The notes below the pieces were generated by a model. It searched no databases. It was not told the DNA's origin and worked only from the letters and a program-made list of their open reading frames with translations. A stretch of 64,000 nt of DNA from Bacillota bacterium (GTDB taxonomy: Bacteria; Planctomycetota; UBA8108; UBA1146): NCBI GenBank assembly GCA_003973385.1, contig QNYK01000062.1, positions 81,763 to 145,762 on the forward strand. Reading direction: 5' to 3'. The position numbers were made by a program, and so were the translations under genes. Below are positions 47,635 through 57,553 of this stretch, piece after piece; positions within the stretch are counted from its first letter, which is position 1, and every line of letters begins with the position of its first letter.

Positions 47635-48801
47635 CTACTTGTATGCGGGAATTCCGGTGATCTCGTGCCCGAGGATCAGGGTATGTATGTCGTGGGTGCC
47701 CTCGTAGGTCTTCACCGACTCGAGATTGAGCATGTGCCGACCCACCGGGTATTCATGGGTGACTCCATTTGCACCGAGCAGATCTCTGGCAGAACGAGCG
47801 ATTTCCAGTGCCCAGTGAACATTGTTGCGCTTCGACAGGGAGACGTGCTGGGCAGTCATCTTTCCCGAGTCCTTCAACTGAGCCAGACGAAGACACAGCA
47901 GTTGAGCCTTGGTGATTTCTGAGAGCATCTCGGCTAACTTTGCCTGTACCAGCTGAAAACTACCGATGGGTCGGTCAAATTGGATGCGACTCAGCGAATA
48001 CTTCCTGGCTACATCAAAGGAAGCCATTGCGGATCCGACTACACCCCAGGCGATGCCGTAGCGCGCCTGGGTCAAGCATGAGAGCGGCCCGCCAAGCCCT
48101 TCGGCACCAGCCAGCAGATTCTCCTTCGGGATCCGGCAATCCTGAAAATGCAACTCTGAAGTTGTCGACGCCCGCAGTGAGAATTTCTTTCCCTGTTTTG
48201 TCGTCGAAAAACCCTCCGAGCCTTTTTCGACCAGAAAGCCACGAATGCGGCCATCCAATTTCGCCCAGACAACGGCAACATCACTGACGCACCCGTTGGT
48301 AATCCACATCTTGTTCCCGTTCAGGATGTACTCATCACCATCCAGCACAGCATGAGTGATCATGCCGCTGGGATCCGAGCCGTGATCAGGCTCGGTCAGG
48401 CCGAAACAACCAATCATTCGCCCGGCCGCCAGTTCCGGGAGGAACCTCTGTTTCTGCTCCTCGGTCCCATAACGATGGATGGGGTACATCACGAGACCGC
48501 CCTGAACGCTGACAAAGGAACGTAAGCCGCTATCGCCTCTTTCCAGCTCCTGCATGATCAATCCGTACGAGATGCTATCCAATCCAGCACACTCATAGCC
48601 CTGGATATTGGCACCGAGCAAGCCCAGTTCGCCCAGTGCCGGAATGACCTGATCGGGAAAGCGATCTTCCATGAAGCAATCCTCGATCACGGGGATCACC
48701 TGATCTTCGACAAAGTCACGGACCGTATCCCGGATCAGGCGCTGCTCGTCCGTGAACAGATCGTCCAGGTTGTAGAAGTCAGACCCCTCGAAACGCTCCA
48801 T
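47635..48801 (-). CDS. Acyl-CoA dehydrogenase (glutaryl-CoA dehydrogenase-like)
   Basis: ACAD fold layout with FAD/substrate motifs (GLTEPDHGSDP; YEGTHDIHTLILG at the C-terminus). Confidence 0.9.
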   Translation of the reverse strand: MERFEGSDFYNLDDLFTDEQRLIRDTVRDFVEDQVIPVIEDCFMEDRFPDQVIPALGELGLLGANIQGYECAGLDSISYGLIMQELERGDSGLRSFVSVQGGLVMYPIHRYGTEEQKQRFLPELAAGRMIGCFGLTEPDHGSDPSGMITHAVLDGDEYILNGNKMWITNGCVSDVAVVWAKLDGRIRGFLVEKGSEGFSTTKQGKKFSLRASTTSELHFQDCRIPKENLLAGAEGLGGPLSCLTQARYGIAWGVVGSAMASFDVARKYSLSRIQFDRPIGSFQLVQAKLAEMLSEITKAQLLCLRLAQLKDSGKMTAQHVSLSKRNNVHWALEIARSARDLLGANGVTHEYPVGRHMLNLESVKTYEGTHDIHTLILGHEITGIPAYK

Positions 48802-49037
48802 TGGAACTCCCTCTCAATGAACAGGTCGATGTACCCGGGGTTCTGGCCCCTTGATTCTGGATGGTACACAGGGATAGGTTCCGCGAGAATTGATTCCTCA
48901 GACTCGCCCACCGTCAGATGGTCTGCTGGCTCGGGCCTGGGCGCAGGAGCGACCATGCAACCAGATAGCCCCGATGTGGAGTGCCTCCGCCAAAGAAACA
49001 GGGGCCGATGCAGGACAACATCGACCCCCTCAATTTT

Positions 49038-49112
49038 TGACCCCAAGGGGATTCGAACCCCTGTTCTCAGGATGAAAACCTGATGTCCTGGACCTGACTA
49101 GACGATGGGGCC
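49038..49112 (-). tRNA. tRNA-Glu (anticodon UUC)
   Basis: Hand-folded cloverleaf on the minus strand: acceptor GGCCCCA/TGGGGTC, anticodon loop TTTTCAT (UUC), T-arm GGGGTTCGAATCCCC. CCA is not encoded. Confidence 0.8.
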
Positions 49113-49123
49113 TCGATTTCAAG

Positions 49124-49196
49124 TGAGAGCAGTTGGGCTCGAACCAACGACCGACGCCTTAAAAGGGCGTTGCTCTACCGACTGAGCTATGCTCCC
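49124..49196 (-). tRNA. tRNA-Lys (anticodon UUU)
   Basis: Minus-strand cloverleaf: GGGAGCA-TA-GCTCAGTCGGTAGAGC-A-ACGCC-CTTTTAA-GGCGT-CGGTC-GTTGGTTCGAGCCCAAC-TGCTCTC-A. Confidence 0.8.
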
Positions 49197-49256
49197 GCGC
49201 AGCGACGAAATGTACCGACCCACGTTGGGTCCGTCAATCTTTTCCCTCTGGTCTGA

Positions 49257-49811
49257 TCAGATCTCCATCAACTCTTCTGTTTTCCGTTTCAGGTCCTCAT
49301 CGACCTGTTTCTCGACGGATTTGAGGACTTCCTGGACCTGACCCTTGAATCTTGCCTGATCATCTTCAGAGAGGTCTCCGTCCTTCTTGGAGGTATCGAT
49401 GTGCTTGTTGGCATCCCTGCGGATGTTGCGCATCGATACCCGGGACTCTTCGGCGACCTCCTTCGCCCTGGATACCAACTGCTTGCGCCGTTCTTCCGAC
49501 AGAGGCGGTACCTTCAAACGGAGCAATTTTCCATCTGTCTGTGGAGTGATCCCAAGATCCGAAGTAAGAATCCCCTTCTCGATGTCTGCGATGGAACTGA
49601 CATCGAAGGGCTTGATGACAATCTGGTCCGGCTCCGGCACGGAGATGTTGGCCAGTTGTTTCAAGGGTGTTTGTGTGCCGTAGTAATCGACTCTTATCGA
49701 CTCGACCAAACCGGGGTGTGCCCTGCCTGTACGCATGCCTCTCATCTCCTCACGGAGATGATCAAGCGCCTTGGTCATGCGTTCTTCGGCATCGATGATG
49801 ACTTCCTCCAC
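49257..49811 (-). CDS. frr: Ribosome recycling factor
   Basis: 184 aa. Conserved RRF layout, including the GITPQTDG loop. Confidence 0.9.
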   Translation of the reverse strand: MEEVIIDAEERMTKALDHLREEMRGMRTGRAHPGLVESIRVDYYGTQTPLKQLANISVPEPDQIVIKPFDVSSIADIEKGILTSDLGITPQTDGKLLRLKVPPLSEERRKQLVSRAKEVAEESRVSMRNIRRDANKHIDTSKKDGDLSEDDQARFKGQVQEVLKSVEKQVDEDLKRKTEELMEI

Positions 49812-49825
49812 CTTGAACCTCCACG

Positions 49826-50554
49826 CTATGATGTTGCTGATTGCTGACTGATCAGGGAACCCACAGGCTCACCGATGAGGGCCTCATGAATCGCATTCTC
49901 ACGGGTCATATCAAAGATTCGAAGCGAAATCTGCTGATCTCTGCAAAGAGTGAATGCTGTGGCATCCATCGCCTCTAGCCCTTGCTCAAGCACATGATCG
50001 AAGGTTGTACTGTCCAATCTTCGAGCATCGGGGTACTCAACAGGATCTCGATCGTAGATCCCGTCATGCTTGGTCCCCTTGAGAAGTTCTGTACAGTCCA
50101 GTTCCGCTGCACGAAGTGCTGCACAGGTATCAGTGGTGAAATACGGATTTCCGGTGCCACCAGAGAGCAGCAGGGTAGTTCCCGCAGCCAGTGCTTCTCG
50201 GGCGATGCTCGAATGGAAGGGGCGTACCTGAGGAACTGGTGAACCAGCGCCCATCACCATCGTTTTTAGTCCAGCGAATCCCAGATGAGCACTGAGAGCC
50301 AGTGCGTTGACATGGGTGGCCGCCATGCCGATGGCGTCGGCATCGGTCCTGTGAAACCCCTCCGTGGCCCAGTCGGCTCCCCTGCAGATGTTGCCAGCTC
50401 CGACAACGATGGCAAGTTCGACAGATCCTGAGGCTCTGGCGATCTGGGAGGATATGGCTGTCAATGCCAGGTGGTCGAGCCCGGTGCCTGATTCACCGCC
50501 GAGCGCCTCTCCACTCAGTTTCAGCAAAACCCGCCTGGCCACATCTCTTGCCAT
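49826..50554 (-). CDS. pyrH: Uridylate (UMP) kinase
   Basis: RVLLKLSGEALGG N-terminus, GGTGNPYFTTD motif. Confidence 0.9.
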   Translation of the reverse strand: MARDVARRVLLKLSGEALGGESGTGLDHLALTAISSQIARASGSVELAIVVGAGNICRGADWATEGFHRTDADAIGMAATHVNALALSAHLGFAGLKTMVMGAGSPVPQVRPFHSSIAREALAAGTTLLLSGGTGNPYFTTDTCAALRAAELDCTELLKGTKHDGIYDRDPVEYPDARRLDSTTFDHVLEQGLEAMDATAFTLCRDQQISLRIFDMTRENAIHEALIGEPVGSLISQQSATS

Positions 50555-50596
50555 GAAATTGTGTCCATTCCGGACCGAGCCATGGAACGCTGGTGC

Positions 50597-51187
50597 CTAC
50601 TGGCCGATCTCTAGCCGGTGGAAGCGAGTCAACTGGATGTTCTCGCCAATCATCGCGATCGCATCCTGAATCAACTGCTCGATACTCTTCTTGTCATCCT
50701 TGATGAAGGCCTGATTGAGCAAACAAACCTCGCTGTAGTACTTCTGCAACTTTCCTTCGACGATATTGCCCTGAATGTTCTCCGGCTTGTCTTTTACCTG
50801 TTCTTCAAAAACGGCTCTCTCGCGATCGACATCGGATTGATCGAGCTGATCGGATGACACGGCCAGGGGATTCATCGCTGCGATGTGCATCGCAATATCT
50901 CTGATGAGAACCTGAAAATGTTCATTCTTTGCCACGAAGTCAGTCTCGCAGAGTACCTCCACGACGACTCCGATTCGACCATTGGAGTGAATGTAAGACC
51001 CGATCCAGCCCTGGCTAGTGGTGCGATCTGCCTTCTGCGCAGCCATCCGGGCTCCACGCATACGAAGCAAATCAACGGCCCCCTCGATATCGCCATCGGT
51101 TTCGCTGAGCGCCTTCTTGCACTCCATCATGCCGACTCCGGTTTTTTTTCTGAGTTCTGCAACTGTCTTGGCGCTGATCTGACTCAT
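50597..51187 (-). CDS. tsf: Elongation factor Ts
   Basis: N-terminal UBA-like MSQISAKTVAELRKKTGVGMMECKKAL. TDFVAKN motif. Start chosen at MSQISAK. Confidence 0.9.
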   Translation of the reverse strand: MSQISAKTVAELRKKTGVGMMECKKALSETDGDIEGAVDLLRMRGARMAAQKADRTTSQGWIGSYIHSNGRIGVVVEVLCETDFVAKNEHFQVLIRDIAMHIAAMNPLAVSSDQLDQSDVDRERAVFEEQVKDKPENIQGNIVEGKLQKYYSEVCLLNQAFIKDDKKSIEQLIQDAIAMIGENIQLTRFHRLEIGQ

Positions 51188-51188
51188 T

Positions 51189-52076
51189 CTAACTTTCTTT
51201 CTTCTTGTCGGGAGTGACGACGATCTTCGGTTTCGATTTGACTTCCTCAGTCTGGTCCACACCGGGTGCGGGCTGGGGAGGCGTGTATGGTTTGGACCGA
51301 GCCTCCTCCGGGCTCACGGTCCGCTCCTTCTCCTTCTTGCTGGCCCTCTCCTCATCGGAGGCCTTCTTGGCGGCCTCCTCCTGCTGGCGTGCTTGCAGCT
51401 TATCCTTACCCGCAATGATCGAATCTGCGAGCTGACTGAGGATCACCTCGATGCTGCGATATGCATCGTCATTTCCAGGGATTGGCAAATCCACAAGATT
51501 TGGATCACAATCGGTATCCACGATCGAAATGATGGGAATGTTCAATCCCCGAGCTTCCTTGACGGCGATTTCATCGCGTCGAATATCCACGGCAATCAGG
51601 GCTCCAGGCAGACGATTCATGTTTCGCACACCTTCGAGGTTGCGAAATATCTTTCTTCGCTCCCTCTCCATCTTGGAAATCTCTTTCTTGGTCCGTACTA
51701 CCGATTCGTCTGCAAGCTCCTTCTCGAGTTCTTCGAGGCGACGCAGTCGGCTTCGAATTGTCTGGTAGTTGGTCAGCGTACCGCCGAGCCACCGATGGAC
51801 ACAGAAGTGCATGCCACAGCGACCCGATTGTTCCCGAACCACCTCCCGAGCCTGAGATTTGGTTCCGACGAAAACCACTTCATGTCCCGCCTCCACGATG
51901 TGCTCGAGGAAGTGCTTTGCGCGAACGATCCCACGAACTGTCTGTCGCAGATCGATGACATGGTTCTTGTTATGCTTCTGGTGAATGTATGGAGCCATGG
52001 CGGGGTGCCAACGGCTGGAGCGATGGCCGAAATGGACTCCAGCCTCGATCAGTTCCTTGATCTGCAATCCGGACAT
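51189..52076 (-). CDS. rpsB: 30S ribosomal protein S2 with a ~100-aa Lys/Glu/Ala-rich C-terminal extension
   Basis: GVHFGHRSSRWHP..., LGGTLTNYQTI, VIVDTDCDP signatures. The tail is QQEEAAKKASDEERASKKEKE...KPKIVVTPDKKKES. Start chosen at MSGLQIKEL. Confidence 0.9.
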   Translation of the reverse strand: MSGLQIKELIEAGVHFGHRSSRWHPAMAPYIHQKHNKNHVIDLRQTVRGIVRAKHFLEHIVEAGHEVVFVGTKSQAREVVREQSGRCGMHFCVHRWLGGTLTNYQTIRSRLRRLEELEKELADESVVRTKKEISKMERERRKIFRNLEGVRNMNRLPGALIAVDIRRDEIAVKEARGLNIPIISIVDTDCDPNLVDLPIPGNDDAYRSIEVILSQLADSIIAGKDKLQARQQEEAAKKASDEERASKKEKERTVSPEEARSKPYTPPQPAPGVDQTEEVKSKPKIVVTPDKKKES

Positions 52077-52297
52077 TTCCGGTTTCCTTTCGTTGTTCCG
52101 CACAGGGGGCCTCTCGACAGGAATCCCGCGGAAAACGTGTTTCATTGCCCGGGTTCCAGGACCGCAGCGCAGGGCTGACAGATCCCAGGGGCTCTGATGG
52201 ATAGTGACCGGCTCTCCACCCGGAGAGCCTCGACAGCCCCGCAAGGTATCGTTTCAACACGGGACCATCAATCGATTCGAGGTGCCAGAAACCGGTC

Positions 52298-53302
52298 TCA
52301 GGCTTTCTCCAGAGCCTGTCCGCGGCCTCGAAGGCTTTCGATGACCTGGGACGCGGCTTCCATCGCTCTACGCCCCTGAGAACCGGTTACTGCCGGGTCG
52401 CAACTGCCTCTGGCGGCCTCGAGGAAGGAATCGAGTTCTGCCCTGAGGGGCTCTTCCTCGTCAAAGGTCAGCGGTTCCTTATCCAGATGCTGGGACAGAA
52501 AGTCTTCGACTCCCTCGGGTGCCTGAACGCGTCCCAGCGGATCCAGGAATCTGGCCGGGTCGTATGTTTCATCCAGCGACACTCGAAAACCCTCCCGGTG
52601 AACCAGATCGAGGCTGACATACTGCCTGTGGCCAAAAATCCGGATCTTTCTGGATCGATTCAAGGCGACCCTGCTGGTCTTGACGAAAGCTGTCGCACCC
52701 TTGCAAAAACTGAGTCTGGCATGAGCAAGATCCTCGGTCGGAGAAAGCACTGCGCAACCATGCGCATCCACAGCGGCGAGATCGTCATCGATCAGGTGGA
52801 GAGCGATATCAATGTCATGAATCATCAGGTCGTGAACGACGCTGATCTCAGTGGATCGAAGTGTAAATGGATGAATTCGGTCGCACTCGATGAATAGAGG
52901 TTGATCGATGATACCGATGGCAGACCTGATCAATGGATTGAATCGCTCGATGTGTCCCACCTGGAGAACAGAGCCGGAATTATCGGCAAGTTCACAGATC
53001 TGATCTGCCTCTTCGAGGGTTGCTGCGAGCGGCTTTTCGACGAGAACAGCGATTCCAGCCTCTAGAAATGGTCTGGCTGTTTCGAGGTGGAATGGTGTTG
53101 GTGTAACAATGCTGACCGCATCGACCTGGTTGATGATTTTCGAGGTGTCTGAAAATGCAATGCACCCGTGAAGGTCTGCGATTTCCCGGGCCCTGTCGCC
53201 ATCGATATCAACGACTCCGACAAGATCAGCATCGGGAATTTCATTCCAGATCCTTGCATGAGCACTACCGAGATGCCCGACTCCAACAACTGCAACACGC
53301 AT
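52298..53302 (-). CDS. Gfo/Idh/MocA-family NAD(P)-dependent oxidoreductase
   Basis: N-terminal Rossmann motif MRVAVVGVGHLGSAHA. Family-typical EKPLA motif (VLVEKPLAATLEEA). Lies immediately downstream of lpxA. Confidence 0.8.
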   Translation of the reverse strand: MRVAVVGVGHLGSAHARIWNEIPDADLVGVVDIDGDRAREIADLHGCIAFSDTSKIINQVDAVSIVTPTPFHLETARPFLEAGIAVLVEKPLAATLEEADQICELADNSGSVLQVGHIERFNPLIRSAIGIIDQPLFIECDRIHPFTLRSTEISVVHDLMIHDIDIALHLIDDDLAAVDAHGCAVLSPTEDLAHARLSFCKGATAFVKTSRVALNRSRKIRIFGHRQYVSLDLVHREGFRVSLDETYDPARFLDPLGRVQAPEGVEDFLSQHLDKEPLTFDEEEPLRAELDSFLEAARGSCDPAVTGSQGRRAMEAASQVIESLRGRGQALEKA

Positions 53303-53315
53303 ACATCTCATCCTT

Positions 53316-54101
53316 CTACGGTTGACGAGCACGGCCCTGGCGACCGCCTTCTGTGGCTCGCAGGAACGATCTGAGGTGAATTCCCTCCTCGGGGACATGA
53401 CCACGGCGCTCGAGCAGTTCGAACGCCTCTCTACGAATCATGTTGTTGTTGTACAGGAGCCGCTGAGCTTCCTTGAGCCATGCACACACTTCCTCACTGA
53501 TCCCGGCTCGTTTCATTCCTACCGAATTGATCGCTCGGACCCTTGATGGGTTGCCCTCCGTTATCAGATAGGGAGGTGCATCGGTCGTGACTCTGGTCAT
53601 GCCGCCGATGAAAGCCAACCTGCCAACAGTCGCATAGTGATGAACAGCCGCCAGCCCTCCGAAGCCCGCCTGGTCCTCGACAACTACATGCCCCCCGAGC
53701 AGAACTCCATTCGCCATGATGATTTCGTTGCCAACGATGCAGTCGTGAGCGATATGTGAACTGGCCAGGATCAAGCAGCCGTTTCCAAGGCGAGTGACAC
53801 CACCTCCCTGAGCGGTGCCCCTGTTGATGGTACAGTGTTCACGAAACAGGTTGTCTGATCCGATCTCTGCCCAGGTTTGCTCCCCCTTCCACTTCTTGTC
53901 CTGTGGATCACCACCGAGGACGGCACCTGGGTGGACCACGCAACGCTCACCGATTCGCGTGTTGCAGACCACTGACGAATGATGGTGGAATACACAGCCA
54001 GCACCAATCGTGACCTGAGGCCCGATGTATACACCCGGGCCGATGGTAACATCGGGTCCGATCTCAGCACTCGGGTCAATATGGGAGTCAGGGTGGATCA
54101 A
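53316..54101 (-). CDS. lpxA: Acyl-ACP--UDP-N-acetylglucosamine O-acyltransferase
   Basis: MIHPDSHIDPSAEIGPDVTIGPGVYIGP hexapeptide-repeat left-handed beta-helix, then the C-terminal helical domain typical of LpxA. Confidence 0.85.
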   Translation of the reverse strand: MIHPDSHIDPSAEIGPDVTIGPGVYIGPQVTIGAGCVFHHHSSVVCNTRIGERCVVHPGAVLGGDPQDKKWKGEQTWAEIGSDNLFREHCTINRGTAQGGGVTRLGNGCLILASSHIAHDCIVGNEIIMANGVLLGGHVVVEDQAGFGGLAAVHHYATVGRLAFIGGMTRVTTDAPPYLITEGNPSRVRAINSVGMKRAGISEEVCAWLKEAQRLLYNNNMIRREAFELLERRGHVPEEGIHLRSFLRATEGGRQGRARQP

Positions 54102-54113
54102 CGGTTTATCTCC

Positions 54114-55418
54114 TCAGTCAGCATCCACTATCATGAATCGTATAGTCGCTTGGGTAACGGTTTTCCCATCTACGGTCGCCTTGACCTGCACCTGAGCAGT
54201 ACGCTCGCGAAACCGCTTCAACTCTGCCTCCAGGATCAGTTGATCTCCAGGAACCACCGTTTTTCGAAACTTGACATCGTCGATCCCAAGAATATAGGCG
54301 ATCCGGTTGGAATCGGCACTACTCCTGAGTAATAGAACCCCGGAAAGTTGTGCCAGCGCTTCCAGTTGAAGCACTCCAGGCATCACAGGCTGTCCCGGGA
54401 AATGGCCCTGGAAGTACTCCTCGTTGAAGGAGACATTCTTGAGACCCACGGCACGTACACCCTGTTCCACCTCGAGAACCCTGTCCACGAGCAGAAAAGG
54501 ATAACGGTGAGGCAGGATCTTCTGGATGTCGCGGATTTCGAGCCCACGGGGAGACTTGATCAGAACGTCTTCCAGTTCTCTCTCTCTCACATGAGCTTCG
54601 GCGATCTTCGATGCAAGATCCGCATTGAGGCCATGGCCACTGCGATGAGCGATGATATGCCCGGAAATAGCACAACGTAACAGGTATACATCGCCGATCA
54701 GATCCAGGATCTTGTGCCTGGCGGGTTCGTCCGGAAGTCGAAATTTGGGTGCCATTCCGCGGTCATCGATCAGAAGCGTGTTGCCCTCGTTGGCGCCCTT
54801 CCCGAGCCCCCTCGCCTGAAGTTCCTTGACCTCTCGCTCGAGCACAAAGGTCCTGGCGGGCGCGATCTGTTTTCGAAAGTTCTCCTCATTGATCTCCAGG
54901 TCGACAGTCTGACTGAATCCAGGATCACCGTCGTACTGGAGGGTGTAGGTGATACGAAGCTTCTCGGAAGGCAATGCCACGACACTGGCATCCCCATCCT
55001 CTGCTGCAACAGGTGTGGTAACGGCCAGGGTGCGTCCCCGAGCTCCTTGATCAGCCAGTCCTGTCTCGCCAATGGCATCCAGAAAAGGAAGGGCGGATCC
55101 ATCCATACCTGGAATCTCAGGACCATCGATCTCGCAGATCAAGTTTTCGATTCCAAGCACGTGCAGGACAGAAAGCAGATGCTCGCAGGTGTGTACCTCG
55201 ATGTTGCCAACTCCGAAACTGGTGCGTCTTGGCTGCTTTCTCAGAGTGTCGAGGCCGACAGGAATTTCCAGTTTCGGATCGACATCGGTCCGGATGAAAA
55301 CGATTCCCGAATCGGTGTCGGCTGGAAGCAATCTCAGCGTCGATTCTTCACCAAGATGCAGACCGCAGCCAGTGAGGACGGTCTCACCGGAGATAGTTTG
55401 CTGGGTCACCGAGGTCAA
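54114..55418 (-). CDS. Bifunctional UDP-3-O-acyl-N-acetylglucosamine deacetylase / 3-hydroxyacyl-ACP dehydratase (LpxC-FabZ fusion)
   Basis: The N-terminal ~280 aa have LpxC motifs ([17 protein letters not shown]; HKILDLIGD; HRSGHGLN). The C-terminal ~150 aa have the FabZ hot-dog fold ([15 protein letters not shown]; [19 protein letters not shown]). Confidence 0.9.
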   Translation of the reverse strand: MTSVTQQTISGETVLTGCGLHLGEESTLRLLPADTDSGIVFIRTDVDPKLEIPVGLDTLRKQPRRTSFGVGNIEVHTCEHLLSVLHVLGIENLICEIDGPEIPGMDGSALPFLDAIGETGLADQGARGRTLAVTTPVAAEDGDASVVALPSEKLRITYTLQYDGDPGFSQTVDLEINEENFRKQIAPARTFVLEREVKELQARGLGKGANEGNTLLIDDRGMAPKFRLPDEPARHKILDLIGDVYLLRCAISGHIIAHRSGHGLNADLASKIAEAHVRERELEDVLIKSPRGLEIRDIQKILPHRYPFLLVDRVLEVEQGVRAVGLKNVSFNEEYFQGHFPGQPVMPGVLQLEALAQLSGVLLLRSSADSNRIAYILGIDDVKFRKTVVPGDQLILEAELKRFRERTAQVQVKATVDGKTVTQATIRFMIVDAD

Positions 55419-56005
55419 TTATCACCGACCTTGGCAGACACTCTTGAGATCACATCTACGGTGATATCGAGTTCGGGCTTTGCCCAGACACTCACATACA
55501 CCTTGAAATCATTGGCCCTGGCGACATTGTTGAGGACAATGTCGAGTTCTCTTTCGCCGGCAACTTCCTCTATGGCCGCTCTGACAAGTTTGATGAGGTC
55601 ATCGCGCCGTTCCTTGAAGCGGGTAGTAAATTCGCGTTCAAGATCCTCCTGCATCCAGGCCAGTTCAGCCTTGGCGAGGGTAAAGCGTTTCTCCACTGCC
55701 CTGCGGCCATCCGTTCCCGGCTGCAACTGTTCCGCCTCCTGCTGTATCTGCCTCAAAGTAGATTCACGATCGCGAATCTCCTGCTCCATCGATAACTTCA
55801 ATTGATTGAACTCGGCGGTGATCTGTTTGCCCTGCGGAATTTGTTCCAGAACTACCTGAACATCGCAAACGCCAACACGGTGAGATTCAAGCTGAACTCC
55901 GACTCCCAATAGAGATGCCTGCAGAGCCAGAAAAAGGACTGCTCCGCAGAGAGTCAGTCCGAACAATTTCGGCAAGATGTGGATTCGATGCTGCTGATCT
56001 GTCAT
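55415..56005 (-). CDS. Skp/OmpH-like periplasmic chaperone
   Basis: N-terminal TM/signal, long charged coiled-coil arms (EFNQLKLSMEQEIRDRESTLRQIQQEAEQL). Canonical position upstream of the lpx genes. Confidence 0.6.
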   Translation of the reverse strand: MTDQQHRIHILPKLFGLTLCGAVLFLALQASLLGVGVQLESHRVGVCDVQVVLEQIPQGKQITAEFNQLKLSMEQEIRDRESTLRQIQQEAEQLQPGTDGRRAVEKRFTLAKAELAWMQEDLEREFTTRFKERRDDLIKLVRAAIEEVAGERELDIVLNNVARANDFKVYVSVWAKPELDITVDVISRVSAKVGDN

Positions 56006-56015
56006 TTCACTACTT

Positions 56016-57359
56016 TCATGAGATGGCAAACGGGTCGTAGGCCAGATCACCAAATCGTAATTGGTCGGCGATGAACGCGAGTTTCACCGATCCTGTGCGT
56101 CCTTTTCTCTGTTTCGCAACGATAATCTCCGCCTTGCCCTTGGCGTCTTCATCATCTGGTTTGTAGTATTCCTCACGATACAGCAACAGCACCACATCAG
56201 CATCCTGCTCGATGGCTCCAGATTCTCTGAGGTCAGACATCCTGGGCCTGTGTCCTTCGCGGGCCTCGACTGCACGAGAGAGCTGGGAGATGGTCAAGAT
56301 CGGCACATGGAGTTCTCTTGCCAGTTGTTTGAGTGATCTCGATATCTGCGATATCTCCTGCTGACGGTTTTCTGACCTGCCCCCCATATCCAGCAACTGA
56401 AGATAATCGACAATGATCAATCCCAGCTTCTTCTGGTGGTGTAGACGCCTTGCACGGGCACGAATCGACATTGCATTCAAACCGGGCGCATCGTCGATGA
56501 AAATCGGTGCCTCCCTGAGTGTCTCGCAACGGGTGATGATCTTCTTCCAATCAGCGTCATTGAGGTCTGCTTTTCGCAATTTCGTGGCACTGACCCGTGA
56601 GGACATACTCAAGAGGTTCATCGCTATTTGATCGTAAGCCATCTCAAGACTGAAGATGGCAACTGGCGTATTGTTGGTGGTGGCAGCATGAAGCGCGATA
56701 TTCAGGGCAAAAGTGGTCTTTCCCATCGAAGGTCGGCCAGCAGCCACGATGAGGTCGGATGGTTGCAGTCCATTGGTCATCTCATCGAGTTCGCTGAATC
56801 CGGTCATGACACCGACCACGCCCTTTTCCCATTCCTCGATGTTCGTGATGGCCTGATCGATGCTTTCCTTGATGCCATGAACTCCCTGATTGGCATCATC
56901 CTCTGCCAGTGTGAGGATCTGGGCACCTGCTTCGTCGATAAGGTCACGCACTCTCCCGGTTCCAGATCTGGCTCTGGATTCGAGGTCCTGGCAGGTTTCG
57001 ATCAGTCTTCGCCTCTGAGCCTCCTGGTGGATGATCTTTGCATACTCGATGGCATTGGAACTGGTCCGAATATGACTCGTCAGATCTACCAGGTACTCCT
57101 CACCACCTGCCGCTGACAACTGCCCGGAAGCGCGAAGACGGTCAATCAGGATCAGCGCGTCAGTCACGCCCTCGTCGGCCCACAGCGAGAGCAACTCTTC
57201 AAAGAGCACTCTGTGCCTGGAAAGGTAGAAGTCCTGGGCCTTGATCATCTCCAGCACTGCGTGGCTTTTCGCTCCACCGAGCAATAGAGATCCGAGGAGG
57301 CTGACTTCGGCTTCCACATTGTGAGGTAAACTGGGCTGTGTGGGCGTCTCTTTGTTCAT
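56016..57359 (-). CDS. dnaB: Replicative DNA helicase DnaB
   Basis: N-terminal EAEVSLLGSLL. Walker A GRPSMGKTTFALN. Walker B/H4 regions (LIIVDYLQL; SQLSRAVE). Start chosen at MNKETP. Confidence 0.9.
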   Translation of the reverse strand: MNKETPTQPSLPHNVEAEVSLLGSLLLGGAKSHAVLEMIKAQDFYLSRHRVLFEELLSLWADEGVTDALILIDRLRASGQLSAAGGEEYLVDLTSHIRTSSNAIEYAKIIHQEAQRRRLIETCQDLESRARSGTGRVRDLIDEAGAQILTLAEDDANQGVHGIKESIDQAITNIEEWEKGVVGVMTGFSELDEMTNGLQPSDLIVAAGRPSMGKTTFALNIALHAATTNNTPVAIFSLEMAYDQIAMNLLSMSSRVSATKLRKADLNDADWKKIITRCETLREAPIFIDDAPGLNAMSIRARARRLHHQKKLGLIIVDYLQLLDMGGRSENRQQEISQISRSLKQLARELHVPILTISQLSRAVEAREGHRPRMSDLRESGAIEQDADVVLLLYREEYYKPDDEDAKGKAEIIVAKQRKGRTGSVKLAFIADQLRFGDLAYDPFAIS

Positions 57360-57553
57360 CTGATTCTCGATTTCATCCCGCTGACTGATCGGCGACGCGA
57401 CGGTGCGCTCTGGTGCCAAGAGCAATGCGCAGTTCATCGAAGGGCCGAGCGCTGACCCTACCGGAGCCGGGCCCAGCACGAAAGAGGAGGCCCAAACTCG
57501 CGTTGTGGGCATGGCTTGGGTTCATTTCGATGACCGCCATGAGCGATGCAGTC

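Noticed and set aside
49200-49256. Short inverted repeat GACCCAcgtTGGGTC between frr and tRNA-Lys
   Set aside because: On the minus (transcribed) strand it is not followed by a U-run, so evidence for a terminator is weak. It could be a processing site.
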